Positions 1-8,045 of a DNA stretch of 64,000 bases are shown here, one piece after another. The notes under the pieces were generated by a model that saw only the letters and a program-made list of their open reading frames with translations, did no database searches and was not told the DNA's origin. Source of the stretch: an uncultured Verrucomicrobiae bacterium (GTDB lineage Bacteria; Verrucomicrobiota; Verrucomicrobiia; Limisphaerales; Palsa-1400); contig OY969763.1 in assembly GCA_963702845.1 (NCBI GenBank), forward strand, positions 96,001 to 160,000. Reading direction: 5' to 3'. Both the position numbers and the translations under genes were made by a program. The stretch's first letter is position 1. Every line of letters begins with the position of its first letter.

Positions 1-307
1 AAGTGTCAACAATTGTCACAATCCGATCGAGAAAAACTATCTCAACATTGGCTGGGAGCCGCAGTCAACAAATCTGAAGCGAGTCAACTTGGGCTTGTCG
101 ACCCTTGGGTCTCGTACGCAATGGCGGAGTACCGACGCAGATGCCTTTGTAAAGACCAGGCGGAGCCTAGATGTTTGGACTGAGATGGTTTTCGAAAATG
201 GTCCGGCGTGGCTAGAACTACCCGAATTGGCAGCGCTTCAATGGAAGCAGCGGAGAGCACAGATTCTATCTTCTATCGTGCAACGCGCTACGCCACCCAC
301 AGCGTAA
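1..307 (+). CDS. Hypothetical protein, 5'-truncated by window edge
   Basis: Frame of ORF 89..307 is open back to position 2; ends TAA at 305-307; no recognisable motif. Confidence 0.5.
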   Translation, partial: SVNNCHNPIEKNYLNIGWEPQSTNLKRVNLGLSTLGSRTQWRSTDADAFVKTRRSLDVWTEMVFENGPAWLELPELAALQWKQRRAQILSSIVQRATPPTA

Positions 308-387
308 GCAGCTGGAAGTTAGTTAAAGAAGTTGAGCACGTGTGCTGCCGGCGCTAGAAAGTATTACCTAGAGGTCGGACTGAATGG

Positions 388-648
388 TTGCGGTTCGGAT
401 CTTTTTCTTTCCAAGCATACTGCGTAATCGCCATCGCAATGTATGCAATGACCTTCCCGAACGTGCTCCCCCCAACATCGGTTTCATCGCCAATCTCCGC
501 GTCATTTTTTGTTTCGTTCGTTGCGCTGCTTATCACCGCCCTAAACCAATTTGAATCGCGAGATCGACGCGGTGCAATACAAAGCCTGCTGTTTGCAGTC
601 CTAGCTGTTGGTCTCGGGTGGCTGACATTTCCGATCTATGTCAAATAG
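388..648 (+). CDS. Small membrane protein, cassette-like
   Basis: Three hydrophobic segments; followed directly by an attC-right-arm-like sequence; start uncertain. Confidence 0.55.
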   Translation: MRFGSFSFQAYCVIAIAMYAMTFPNVLPPTSVSSPISASFFVSFVALLITALNQFESRDRRGAIQSLLFAVLAVGLGWLTFPIYVK

Positions 649-672
649 CGGCTCTGGCTGAGCTGAGGTGTT
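649..672 (+). repeat. attC right-arm remnant, interrupted by IS110 element
   Basis: CGGCTCTGGCTGAGCTGAGGTGTT closely matches CGGCTTTGGCTGAGCTGAAACGTT of the intact attC ending at 4540. Confidence 0.6.
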
Positions 673-748
673 GATATGGCTCTCTGATTGTCAAGTGGGC
701 AATGCGATTCGGCTTCCGTTTTTTTACGGTTTTTCTTTCTGACATTGA

Positions 749-973
749 GCAATGGACTGTTGAGTTGGCAGAAGCAGCAATCAACGACGGTTGATCCTGC
801 TGATATGCGTGAGTTCATCGGGTCCGAAGACCTGACTTATCGACCTGACCACGGTTCGAGTCGCGGCGCTTCCTCTCTCTAGGCACGAGGGTTCGTTCGC
901 AAGGAACTTCCTCTTAACACTCACGAGGGTTCGCCTAACCGAGCTGCTCTCTGCCAACTCATCAATCCACTGC
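749..973 (-). ncRNA. Candidate IS110 bridge/seek RNA region downstream of transposase
   Basis: ~30-nt imperfect inverted repeat 749-778 / 943-973 enclosing ~165 nt with an internal 12-nt direct repeat CACGAGGGTTCG (884-895, 922-933). Confidence 0.5.
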
Positions 974-1131
974 AAAGTTAAAGTTTTTTTATTTGTTCGG
1001 TTTTGCCCAGCGATTCGACCGGGTGAGCGCAGCGGCAGCGTAGCGAGAGCTGGCGCGATAGCGCTTCGGCTCACGTGCTCATCAGCAGTTGGTTTGCTGA
1101 TAATCGGTTCGTGCCACTTCATTCTTAAATG

Positions 1132-2313
1132 TTATTTTTTATAAGTTCGGGTTGGATTCAGTTTGTAAACGCGGCCGCGGCAGGTCCGGATAATTTCCGG
1201 CGCAGCTGGTTTTTGCGGCGCTTTGATCTGGCAGGCGATGGCCCAGACAAAGCCGGTCAGTTCACGCGCAATGGCAGTGACCACCACGACGCTCTTTTTA
1301 CGAACCGATAGGAAGCGGAACCGTTTATGCAGTCGCTGTTGAGCTTTCCATGCGATCAAGCGGACTTCTTTGCTTTGTTTTTCCTGTCATTTTTGCATGA
1401 CCTCGCTGACCTGCGGTTTGAGACGGTAATGCCAGGACGCTTCGGTCAGGACGCGCCGGCAGTGGGTGTTGCCGCATTTAGTAATCCCACCTTGGCTGCG
1501 TTTTCCGCCGCTGCTGTGCTCGCAGGAAGTCAGTCCAAAAAAACTCATCAGCTGCCGCGGCTCAGTAAAGCGGGTCATGTCCCCAGCCTCAGCCACCAAA
1601 GTCATCCCGTTGAGCACTTGCACCCCACGCAAGCTCATCAGCCCGCGCACCACCGGTTCCCATTTCCAGCCCGACAAAGAGTTTTCCACTGCTTGAGTCA
1701 GTCGTTCCAGTCGCTGGCTGGCGTCGTCGATCGTATGAATGCATTCCTGAAAGACGATTTGCTGCGCCGGTTGCGGCATGAGCAAGCCGGAGAGATAACG
1801 CTTGTGCGCATCGTTCCAACTGGTCTTGCCGCTGTAACGAAAACCCAGTCGCAACAAAAAGCCTTTCAAACGATTTCGGGCCTGGCGCTGGTCACACACC
1901 GCCGCAGTGCGGGCCCGGATCAAATCGCGGATAGCTTCATCCTCCTGATCAGGCACGTAGATGGCCCTCAGTTCTCCCGCCCGATAAAGACGGGCCAGTT
2001 GCTCGGCATCACGCCGATCAGTCTTCACCCGGTCGGAAGCCTTTTTGGGAATGAGCGAAGGCGACACCACATCGCATTGGATGCCTTTGCTTTTAAGATA
2101 GCGATGAATGACAAAGCCGCAGGGACCCGCTTCGTAAACAAAACGCAGTTCAATGTTTTGTGCAGATAGTTTTTTGACGAGCTTTTCGACGGCTTCAAGG
2201 GCTCCGCCGATGATGCCGTAGGAACGGACCTCGGTGGTATCCTGCGGCGCGATGGCCACGGCAATAGTTTCTTTGTGGACGTCCAGACCGAGGTAATGCA
2301 CGATTTTATTCAT
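1132..2313 (-). pseudogene. IS110-family transposase with one in-frame nonsense codon
   Basis: LGLDVHK, YEAGPCG, KTDRRDA, GLTSCEHSSG, ITKCGN motifs; TGA at 1387-1389 is followed in frame by QEKQSKEVRLIAWKAQQRL...TAIARELTGF, the usual C-terminus. Confidence 0.9.
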
Positions 2314-2484
2314 GGGTGTTTGGTTTCTTTCATTGATGCTGAATCAGCCCCGACCCGCCGTCGGGACTCTCATATTGCGGATAGGTCGGCACACGCCGAT
2401 AACCCGCGTAACACCGAGATCAAACACCCATCTGACTTTCTCGTTAAGCCATATGGTCTATTCCAAGTAGCGGCATCCACTCTT

Positions 2485-3102
2485 ATGCCAAACGAGTTTG
2501 GAGTCTTTGCACCAGTATTCGAGTCAGCACACGGCTACCTCGCTCTGTTGCATCTATCTGCTGAGGACAGCACCGATGCAGTTCGATTGGTGCGCCAGTG
2601 TGCAGTAGCCGACATTGATCGCTCAGCCACCCTTGGATTGCTCAGAGACCTGAACTGGCGTCCGACGTTGGTGGCTGCAGTAGCAGCCGCGTTTCTGCCT
2701 CCAGACTCTCGCATCGCCGATGCGCTCTGGCACCGATTTGACTCAGGTAGCTGGGTTGTTCCGCAGATTGCCATTGTTCTTTCTGCAATTGATCCCGACT
2801 TTCAGACTCAGGCTCGTCGCCGACTTGAGGCTCACTGTCCGCTCGATTCCACCGATCTTCGGGCACTTACGATGATTGAGCGGCACTCCGCAGCCGGTCC
2901 TGCAGGCGGCACTGAGCGTTCAGCTAAGGCCGCAAGTGCTTTGGAGAACATTGTAGCTGCCATTTTCCCGCAGCCAGTTTGGCTTGCCCCGATTGTCGCC
3001 ACCTCGGAACATCAGGCATTGGTCGCCTCAGATATTGACGCCGGAGGTGGCATTGCCCAGCGTTGGGGAGAGCGATTCACACAGATCAGACAACTGTTGT
3101 AG
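2485..3102 (+). CDS. Hypothetical cassette-like protein
   Basis: ATG at 2485 just outside the IS end; upstream extension of the tracked ORF lies in IS non-coding DNA. Confidence 0.7.
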   Translation: MPNEFGVFAPVFESAHGYLALLHLSAEDSTDAVRLVRQCAVADIDRSATLGLLRDLNWRPTLVAAVAAAFLPPDSRIADALWHRFDSGSWVVPQIAIVLSAIDPDFQTQARRRLEAHCPLDSTDLRALTMIERHSAAGPAGGTERSAKAASALENIVAAIFPQPVWLAPIVATSEHQALVASDIDAGGGIAQRWGERFTQIRQLL

Positions 3103-3126
3103 GTATGAGTTAAGCCCTATTACACC

Positions 3127-3423
3127 ATGAGTTCGCAACGACTTTCAGACCAAGAGCAACGGGGACTTTGCGAGGTGCTGTATTACGCGTTTCTTGATTT
3201 GCGCAACATGGGTTTACCTGATCGGGCTCTTCAGGCATCCAAACTCGCCTATGCTTTGCACAACTTGCCGCACCTAATATTTGCGGATGATTTTACGTGG
3301 GAAAAAGTCGAAGGACCGTTGCGTTATTATCAGAGCCAGTTTTATCAGACCGAGGCGACGCGTGGATACGATTACGTGAAGATGATTGCGCAGATTCGGA
3401 ACGGAGATTCGGTTTCACCATGA
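3127..3423 (+). CDS. Small hypothetical cassette protein
   Basis: Compact ORF followed by attC left end GCCTAAC at 3434-3440. Confidence 0.7.
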   Translation: MSSQRLSDQEQRGLCEVLYYAFLDLRNMGLPDRALQASKLAYALHNLPHLIFADDFTWEKVEGPLRYYQSQFYQTEATRGYDYVKMIAQIRNGDSVSP

Positions 3424-3433
3424 GAACCGTATG

Positions 3434-3490
3434 GCCTAACCAGAGTGCTCCGGCGGACGGCGGGATGATGCTGCGTTTGTTATGGGGCGT
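3434..3490 (+). repeat. Truncated attC (left arm only)
   Basis: GCCTAAC-CAGAGTGCTCCGGCGGACGGCGG starts like an attC but has no complementary right arm. Confidence 0.5.
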
Positions 3491-3496
3491 AACGCT

Positions 3497-4078
3497 ATGA
3501 AACATTGTTCCTATTGCGGAGCGGAATATCCAAACGACGTGACTGAGTGCCCGCTCGACCACCAACCTCTCGTCGAACAGCACGTTGCACCGTTTTCTGC
3601 GAAACCGCATCACGTCACGCGTATTGCGGATAGGCATAAGCTCTTGAGACGTTTCCTCGTAATTGTCGTCGCATTCGCGCTGGGTTGGCTGTTCTACATG
3701 GTGACAGTAGTTAGAAATGGGTCTGAACCGTTGGAGTTCCTGTTTGCGCCATTTATTGGACTGATGTGCAGCGCATTAACTCTGGGCCTTTCGCTACTGC
3801 TTGGATTGCTTTTCAAAATCCCTGTTTTGGGGCGATGGTGGAAGCGCATCCCGACCGCCGCTTTGATTTCGCTGCTGGCGATCTTGGCGATTGTGACCTG
3901 CTCCGCAACTCTTGAAACCCACACGGGAGGGACCGCATACCTCATCTTGGTTTTTACAGTCGCCAACTGGCCGCTTAAGGAACGACGCAAACCCGAAACC
4001 GTTACTCCACCGGATGGTGGCCCAGCGGCACCGCCCGTGATCTCGGAAGTCCCTGCGGGGCCGCCATCGGTGAGTTGA
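3497..4078 (+). CDS. Membrane protein with N-terminal zinc-ribbon-like motif
   Basis: MKHCSYCGAEYP...ECPLD then ~4 hydrophobic helices; C-terminus reads through an attC-like palindrome. Confidence 0.75.
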   Translation: MKHCSYCGAEYPNDVTECPLDHQPLVEQHVAPFSAKPHHVTRIADRHKLLRRFLVIVVAFALGWLFYMVTVVRNGSEPLEFLFAPFIGLMCSALTLGLSLLLGLLFKIPVLGRWWKRIPTAALISLLAILAIVTCSATLETHTGGTAYLILVFTVANWPLKERRKPETVTPPDGGPAAPPVISEVPAGPPSVS

Positions 4079-4087
4079 TCTTTAGCC
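3990..4087 (+). repeat. Degenerate attC-like site
   Basis: CCGGATGGTGGCCC pairs with GGGCCGCCATCGG; ends GTGAGTTGATCTTTAGCC (mutated R' box) just before next ATG. Confidence 0.55.
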
Positions 4088-4090
4088 AAT

Positions 4091-4420
4091 ATGGAACGGG
4101 TCGAATTACTTACAGTCGAGGATTGCTTCCAAATAGGTGGTCTCGTTGTACTGCGGCCCGACTTTTCTGTTCCAAACGGTCGCTGGACAGCTCGTGCTGA
4201 GACGGTGCTTATCGTGAGACCGAACGGCGAAAGGTTTGAGGCTGCAGCTCAGTTCAGCATGTCGCATTTCAACATTTCGGACCCGAGCGTTTCGATTGAC
4301 CTACGGTGGAGAGTTGTCATCTCACTTCCGAGCTGCACGAAGGATCAGGTTCCCATCGGCAGCAAAATTCTCGTTTCCCCACAGATGAGAGATGCGCTAC
4401 TCAACACCGCCCTCGGCTAA
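4091..4420 (+). CDS. Hypothetical cassette protein
   Basis: Stop codon TAA lies inside the attC R'' box GGCTAAC, typical of gene cassettes. Confidence 0.75.
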   Translation: MERVELLTVEDCFQIGGLVVLRPDFSVPNGRWTARAETVLIVRPNGERFEAAAQFSMSHFNISDPSVSIDLRWRVVISLPSCTKDQVPIGSKILVSPQMRDALLNTALG

Positions 4421-4540
4421 CCAGAACACTGCAGCCCAACAGCCGCCGCTCTTGGCATTTGCGAGCACTTGGGTATTCTGTTGTCACTGGCTTCGGCTAC
4501 GACCCGCTCCGGCGGCTTTGGCTGAGCTGAAACGTTAGGT
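4415..4540 (+). repeat. Canonical integron attC site
   Basis: R'' GGCTAAC (4415-4421), R' GTTAGGT (4534-4540); CT(G)CAGCC pairs with GGCTGAG and CAA(C)AGCCGCCG with CGGCGGCTTTG, giving two extrahelical bases. Confidence 0.85.
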
Positions 4541-4548
4541 CACTTCGC

Positions 4549-4788
4549 ATGGAGTTACACAAAATGGTTGAGCGAGTGAATTCCAAGGAAACATTCTTGG
4601 AGTTCGTTGCTGCACTTCGTGCGGATTGGGAATTGCGTGGCCGCGCTCCAGAGTGGGAGAATCCAGACTTAGGACGTTTTCTTGAGGCGATGCAGGCTTG
4701 GGCAGACGACATGGGAGAGAGAGTTCCGTCGTCGCCGAGTTGGCGCACATTTGCTGACATGCTGTACGCCGCCAAGATTTACGAATGA
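4549..4788 (+). CDS. Small conserved protein, immunity-like
   Basis: WENPDLGRFLEAMQAWADD...PSWRTFADMLYAAKIYE pattern; ATG 8 nt after attC R'. Confidence 0.75.
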   Translation: MELHKMVERVNSKETFLEFVAALRADWELRGRAPEWENPDLGRFLEAMQAWADDMGERVPSSPSWRTFADMLYAAKIYE

Positions 4789-4828
4789 AATTCGACGATA
4801 TGGTTTCGTTAGGCTTCTTCACACGCGC

Positions 4829-5086
4829 ATGAAAGTTTCGAATCTTACGTTAGAGCAGTGGTGGGTGCTTCGGAATTTGGTATTTGAGGCAGATTCGCCC
4901 GATGATCGCCCCGTTGTCCCAGAGGCTTTACGCGACCATCCTGCCGTTGTGCTTGTGCGTCGCTACTTGGCTGAGGGGCAGCGGTCGGATCTTGATGAGG
5001 CAGCACGACTCGTTGCAGTGGCCAAGCCCAACGTTGACCGAGCGTTTGCCGAGAGACATTGTTGGTTAGTCCTCGACAAGTCATGA
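4829..5086 (+). CDS. Hypothetical cassette protein
   Basis: Preceded by R'-like GTTAGGC (4808-4814), followed by R''-like GCCTAAC (5094-5100). Confidence 0.6.
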   Translation: MKVSNLTLEQWWVLRNLVFEADSPDDRPVVPEALRDHPAVVLVRRYLAEGQRSDLDEAARLVAVAKPNVDRAFAERHCWLVLDKS

Positions 5087-5121
5087 CGACCAAGCCTAAC
5101 GAATACCAACCGGCGCGTGCG

Positions 5122-5394
5122 ATGAAACAATTCGAGCAATACGCATCCGAGAACGGCTTTGGCCTTCGATTAGGCCGATGGGATTTCGTTTACACAGAGG
5201 CGCAGAGGCATCTCACGTTACCCGTTGAGATGCTGATGCAGGGCGAGTTCCTCTGGCAGCTTTCACGGAGCAGTATTAAAACGTGGGATTCGCCGCATGA
5301 GCGAGAGAACATTGATGCTGCGACCGCCACGAGGATACTGGAGAGGATTGCACGTTTCGTGGAGTTGACCGGCAAGCAAATTCAAATCTGTTGA
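5122..5394 (+). CDS. Imm74-like immunity protein
   Basis: SIKTWDSPHERENID...ILERIARF resembles the Imm74 family pattern as recalled; start uncertain. Confidence 0.55.
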   Translation: MKQFEQYASENGFGLRLGRWDFVYTEAQRHLTLPVEMLMQGEFLWQLSRSSIKTWDSPHERENIDAATATRILERIARFVELTGKQIQIC

Positions 5395-5466
5395 CTACTG
5401 CAATTTCACTGCAATTTGAAATGCTGCTCTGTGTTGCAGGAAGGCACTACTGCAATTTCACTGCAA
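5394..5466 (+). repeat. 21-nt direct repeat, candidate integrase arm sites of a neighbouring element
   Basis: ACTACTGCAATTTCACTGCAA at 5394-5414 and 5446-5466, each holding two ACTGCAA units, ~60 bp outside the att repeat. Confidence 0.7.
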
Positions 5467-5527
5467 CACGGTTTTTTGAGGGTAGTTTTTCGATCCCGAA
5501 AATCGTTGGAAGTTGTTGATTCCAAAG

Positions 5528-5548
5528 TGGAGCCAGTTGCCGGACTTG
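5528..5548 (-). repeat. att site: duplicate of tRNA-Thr 3' end
   Basis: TGGAGCCAGTTGCCGGACTTG identical to 54163-54183. Confidence 0.95.
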
Positions 5549-5704
5549 TCCTGTCAGGTCCCAATTGGCTCGCATTCGGTGGTGTCACCAAATGAGGAGG
5601 TTACGAATAATTTCGCACCTTCTTTACGAGGGAAACTGTGCCTTTTGTTGACTAAAAATTCAAGAGGATTTGCGACAATTTTTTGTAACACTTCAAAAGG
5701 TATT

Positions 5705-5844
5705 TGATGTCCAGTTTGGTGTCCGAAATGGTGTCCGTTTTTCCGGATCGGAATTGTCGGTTCGCAACAGTTGGCTAAACGCGACGACTTTTTCTAACCG
5801 TTCACTTGCCGTTGAAGCCCGTTTTGGTGTCCAAAATGGTGTCC
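5705..5844 (+). promoter_or_regulatory. Integrase arm-type repeats, left end
   Basis: TGATGTCC 5705, TGGTGTCC 5717, 5729, 5825, 5837; 12-bp period; same motif at 54095 and 54107. Confidence 0.75.
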
Positions 5845-6966
5845 GCTTTTCACGGTTTCGGATGATGAAATTTCGCTTTCTGTATTCGTTGACGGGATCG
5901 CGGGCAATGATACCGATGGCAGCGCTTGCGCAAGTGTTGCTTGGCTTTTCTGCCAGTGTGCTTCCCAGTCCTCGAGTGATGGCACGATGACTTCGGCGTT
6001 GCGCGAATAGGCGTGATGAACTGCTTTTGAATTATGACCGAGGGCTTCTTGGGCAAACCGCAACGGGTAGCCGCATTTCAAGGCGCGCTCGGCCCACGAG
6101 TAGCGATAGGAATGGAGACTCACGCCTTCAATGTTAAGACCCTCGCAGCGTTGCCAGAATTCGGTCGCGCGGTCATTTGTCCGAACTGTGCAGAGGTATG
6201 GGAATAGCGGACCAGCCTGGGGACGACGACGGAGTAGTTGCGCAACTTCATCACCGAAACGGATCAGCGCTGGACGAACGGTTTGTGGGTTGTGCTGGTT
6301 AAGTTTGCGGCGTGTGTAAGAGATCGTTCGCGCCGACCAGTTGATGTCCTCGGCACGTAGACAAGCAGCGTCGGTTTGCGAAGCGCCGGTGTGCCAAAGG
6401 AGTTCATAATAATCGCGACGCTCGGGATTGCCTTCTCGAGCAATGATAGCGTTGTGCTCGGCGGCGGAGATGGCGCGCTTCTTTCTGAATATCGGTTTTG
6501 GCCAGAGCAATTTTGGGAGAACCGATCTTAACAACCAATCCATGCCGAGGGCGTAATTGTGGATGCGACGCAGATAGACGTTTGTCGAAGGTTTGCGATC
6601 GGCGAGAACCTCCATGAAGTGTTCGGGACGAGTTTCGACGACGCGCAAGTTGCGAATGCAATCGAAGTTGCTGTCCTGAATGGCGGTCTTCCATCGACGT
6701 GCAGTTTCGCCACCGCGCTGTTCAACTATATGATTCATGACGTGCTGCCATGTGCGGGTGTTGAGATTCGGATCGACGCCGGCAAGGTAAACACGAGCCA
6801 AGGCCGCATTGAACAACGATTGGTTAACGGCGTCGTTATAGGCTTGGGTGAGGCGTTGGGCCTCGGCTTTGTCGCGAGTCTTGAGAGACTTGTGCCTCAT
6901 CGTTTTCTTGTCGACGAGGTAATAAATCCCGGTCTTGCGGCGAAAGAATCGAAATTGAATTTGCAT
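5794..6966 (-). CDS. Tyrosine recombinase/integrase, atypical
   Basis: LHSYRY, LGHNSK..Y motifs; homologous to 52972..54000; start set at MQIQF (6966) by comparison with the paralog. Confidence 0.85.
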   Translation of the reverse strand: MQIQFRFFRRKTGIYYLVDKKTMRHKSLKTRDKAEAQRLTQAYNDAVNQSLFNAALARVYLAGVDPNLNTRTWQHVMNHIVEQRGGETARRWKTAIQDSNFDCIRNLRVVETRPEHFMEVLADRKPSTNVYLRRIHNYALGMDWLLRSVLPKLLWPKPIFRKKRAISAAEHNAIIAREGNPERRDYYELLWHTGASQTDAACLRAEDINWSARTISYTRRKLNQHNPQTVRPALIRFGDEVAQLLRRRPQAGPLFPYLCTVRTNDRATEFWQRCEGLNIEGVSLHSYRYSWAERALKCGYPLRFAQEALGHNSKAVHHAYSRNAEVIVPSLEDWEAHWQKSQATLAQALPSVSLPAIPSTNTESEISSSETVKSGHHFGHQNGLQRQVNG

Positions 6967-7093
6967 CGGGCGCAAAAATGAAGATGGAATCGCGCTACTG
7001 CAAGAAAACGTAAGAGCTTGCGTGTTTGATGGGCCGAAACGTTGATGAACGTCGGCTTGCTTCATGACTATTGTTTAAGAAACACTCGATCCC

Positions 7094-7963
7094 ATGCATT
7101 TCGATCTGAACCTGCTATGTGCTGTGGTTCTTGTTTTTCTTCCAGGTGCGCTGGCGACGGCGATCATTTTCCGCAAGCGCAATGCCAAAAAGAAGTCGAG
7201 TCGCGCTCCGTTTGATGAACTACAGCGCCGTCCTGCGGGAGAGGCGATTCGGATTAAGCTGGAGGAGCTCGACGATCAAATTAACGATAAAATTTTGGGT
7301 CTGGCGATCACGCCGACATTTTTAGCTTTTGCGTTGCTAATTATGCCGCCCAAAGACTGGAAAATTCTGGTGTTCTTTTTTATTGTTTCGTGCGGCGTAT
7401 CTGCCTTCTTCGGCGGTAAACTTTATGAGCTGCTGACGTTGCGGGCGAATTACAGACTCGGTTTTGAAGGGGAGCGCTATGTCGGTGAGGAGTTGTCGCG
7501 TTTGAGAGTTCTGGGGTTCCATATCTACCACGATGTTCCCTTTAACGGTTTCAACATCGATCACGTTTTGGTGGGTTCGCGCGGTGTTTTTGTCGTCGAA
7601 ACAAAAACGCGTCGTAAACCGGTGGATGAAGCGGGCAGCAAGAAATATCGAGTTCATTACGATGGGAAGAATTTGCAATGGCCCTGGGGGACTGATGGCG
7701 ACGGGATTCAGCAGGCTAAAGATAATGCGAAAACACTGGCAACATGGTTGAGATCGGCCGCTGGCGAAAATGTTTGGGCTACCGCAATCTTGACCATGCC
7801 GGGATGGATGGTGGAACGACTGGCACCAAGCGGTGGTGTGCAAGTTCTGAATCCGAAAGAAATCTATGATGTGTGCGGATCGCAGCCCGAGACATTGAAC
7901 GAGCCACAAATCCGCCGCATTTGTTTTCAACTCGACCAAAAATGCCGGATTGCGGTGAGCTAA
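7094..7963 (+). CDS. Membrane-anchored NERD-domain nuclease
   Basis: Three TM segments, then GFEGERYV...YHDV...NIDHVLVGSRGVFVVETK (NERD signature). Confidence 0.85.
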   Translation: MHFDLNLLCAVVLVFLPGALATAIIFRKRNAKKKSSRAPFDELQRRPAGEAIRIKLEELDDQINDKILGLAITPTFLAFALLIMPPKDWKILVFFFIVSCGVSAFFGGKLYELLTLRANYRLGFEGERYVGEELSRLRVLGFHIYHDVPFNGFNIDHVLVGSRGVFVVETKTRRKPVDEAGSKKYRVHYDGKNLQWPWGTDGDGIQQAKDNAKTLATWLRSAAGENVWATAILTMPGWMVERLAPSGGVQVLNPKEIYDVCGSQPETLNEPQIRRICFQLDQKCRIAVS

Positions 7964-8045
7964 ATTGACACGCGCGTTGGATGGTTGGTTTTGTTCGCAG
8001 ATGCGCTGCTGGCGCTAGAGGCTAGACGCTGGTAAAGGTCAAGCC

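Larger units (their letters stand above)
673..2468 (-). mobile_element. IS110-family insertion sequence (ends approximate)
   Basis: Contains DEDD transposase; subterminal inverted motifs ATATGGC (674-680) and GCCATAT (2448-2454); outward-facing TTGACA at 689-694 (- strand); long structured non-coding ends. Confidence 0.75.

Noticed and set aside
1387..1389. TGA as selenocysteine or alternative genetic code
   Set aside because: TGA ends many clear genes in the window, and the position fits an Arg codon mutation
1327..2169. Long antisense ORFs (also 37835..39007, 46508..47311, 48734..49438, 54869..55552)
   Set aside because: Shadow frames opposite well-supported genes, with no motifs
5528..5590. 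Second tRNA gene
   Set aside because: Only the 21-nt 3' end matches; the rest does not form a cloverleaf
5394..5844. Short direct repeats as a CRISPR array
   Set aside because: Only 2-3 copies, no unique spacers of regular length, no cas genes; position beside att fits integrase arm sites
5794..6966. Left integrase as the integron integrase for the cassette array
   Set aside because: No IntI-specific insertion recognised, it is a paralog of the tRNA-adjacent integrase, and it lies inside the att boundary
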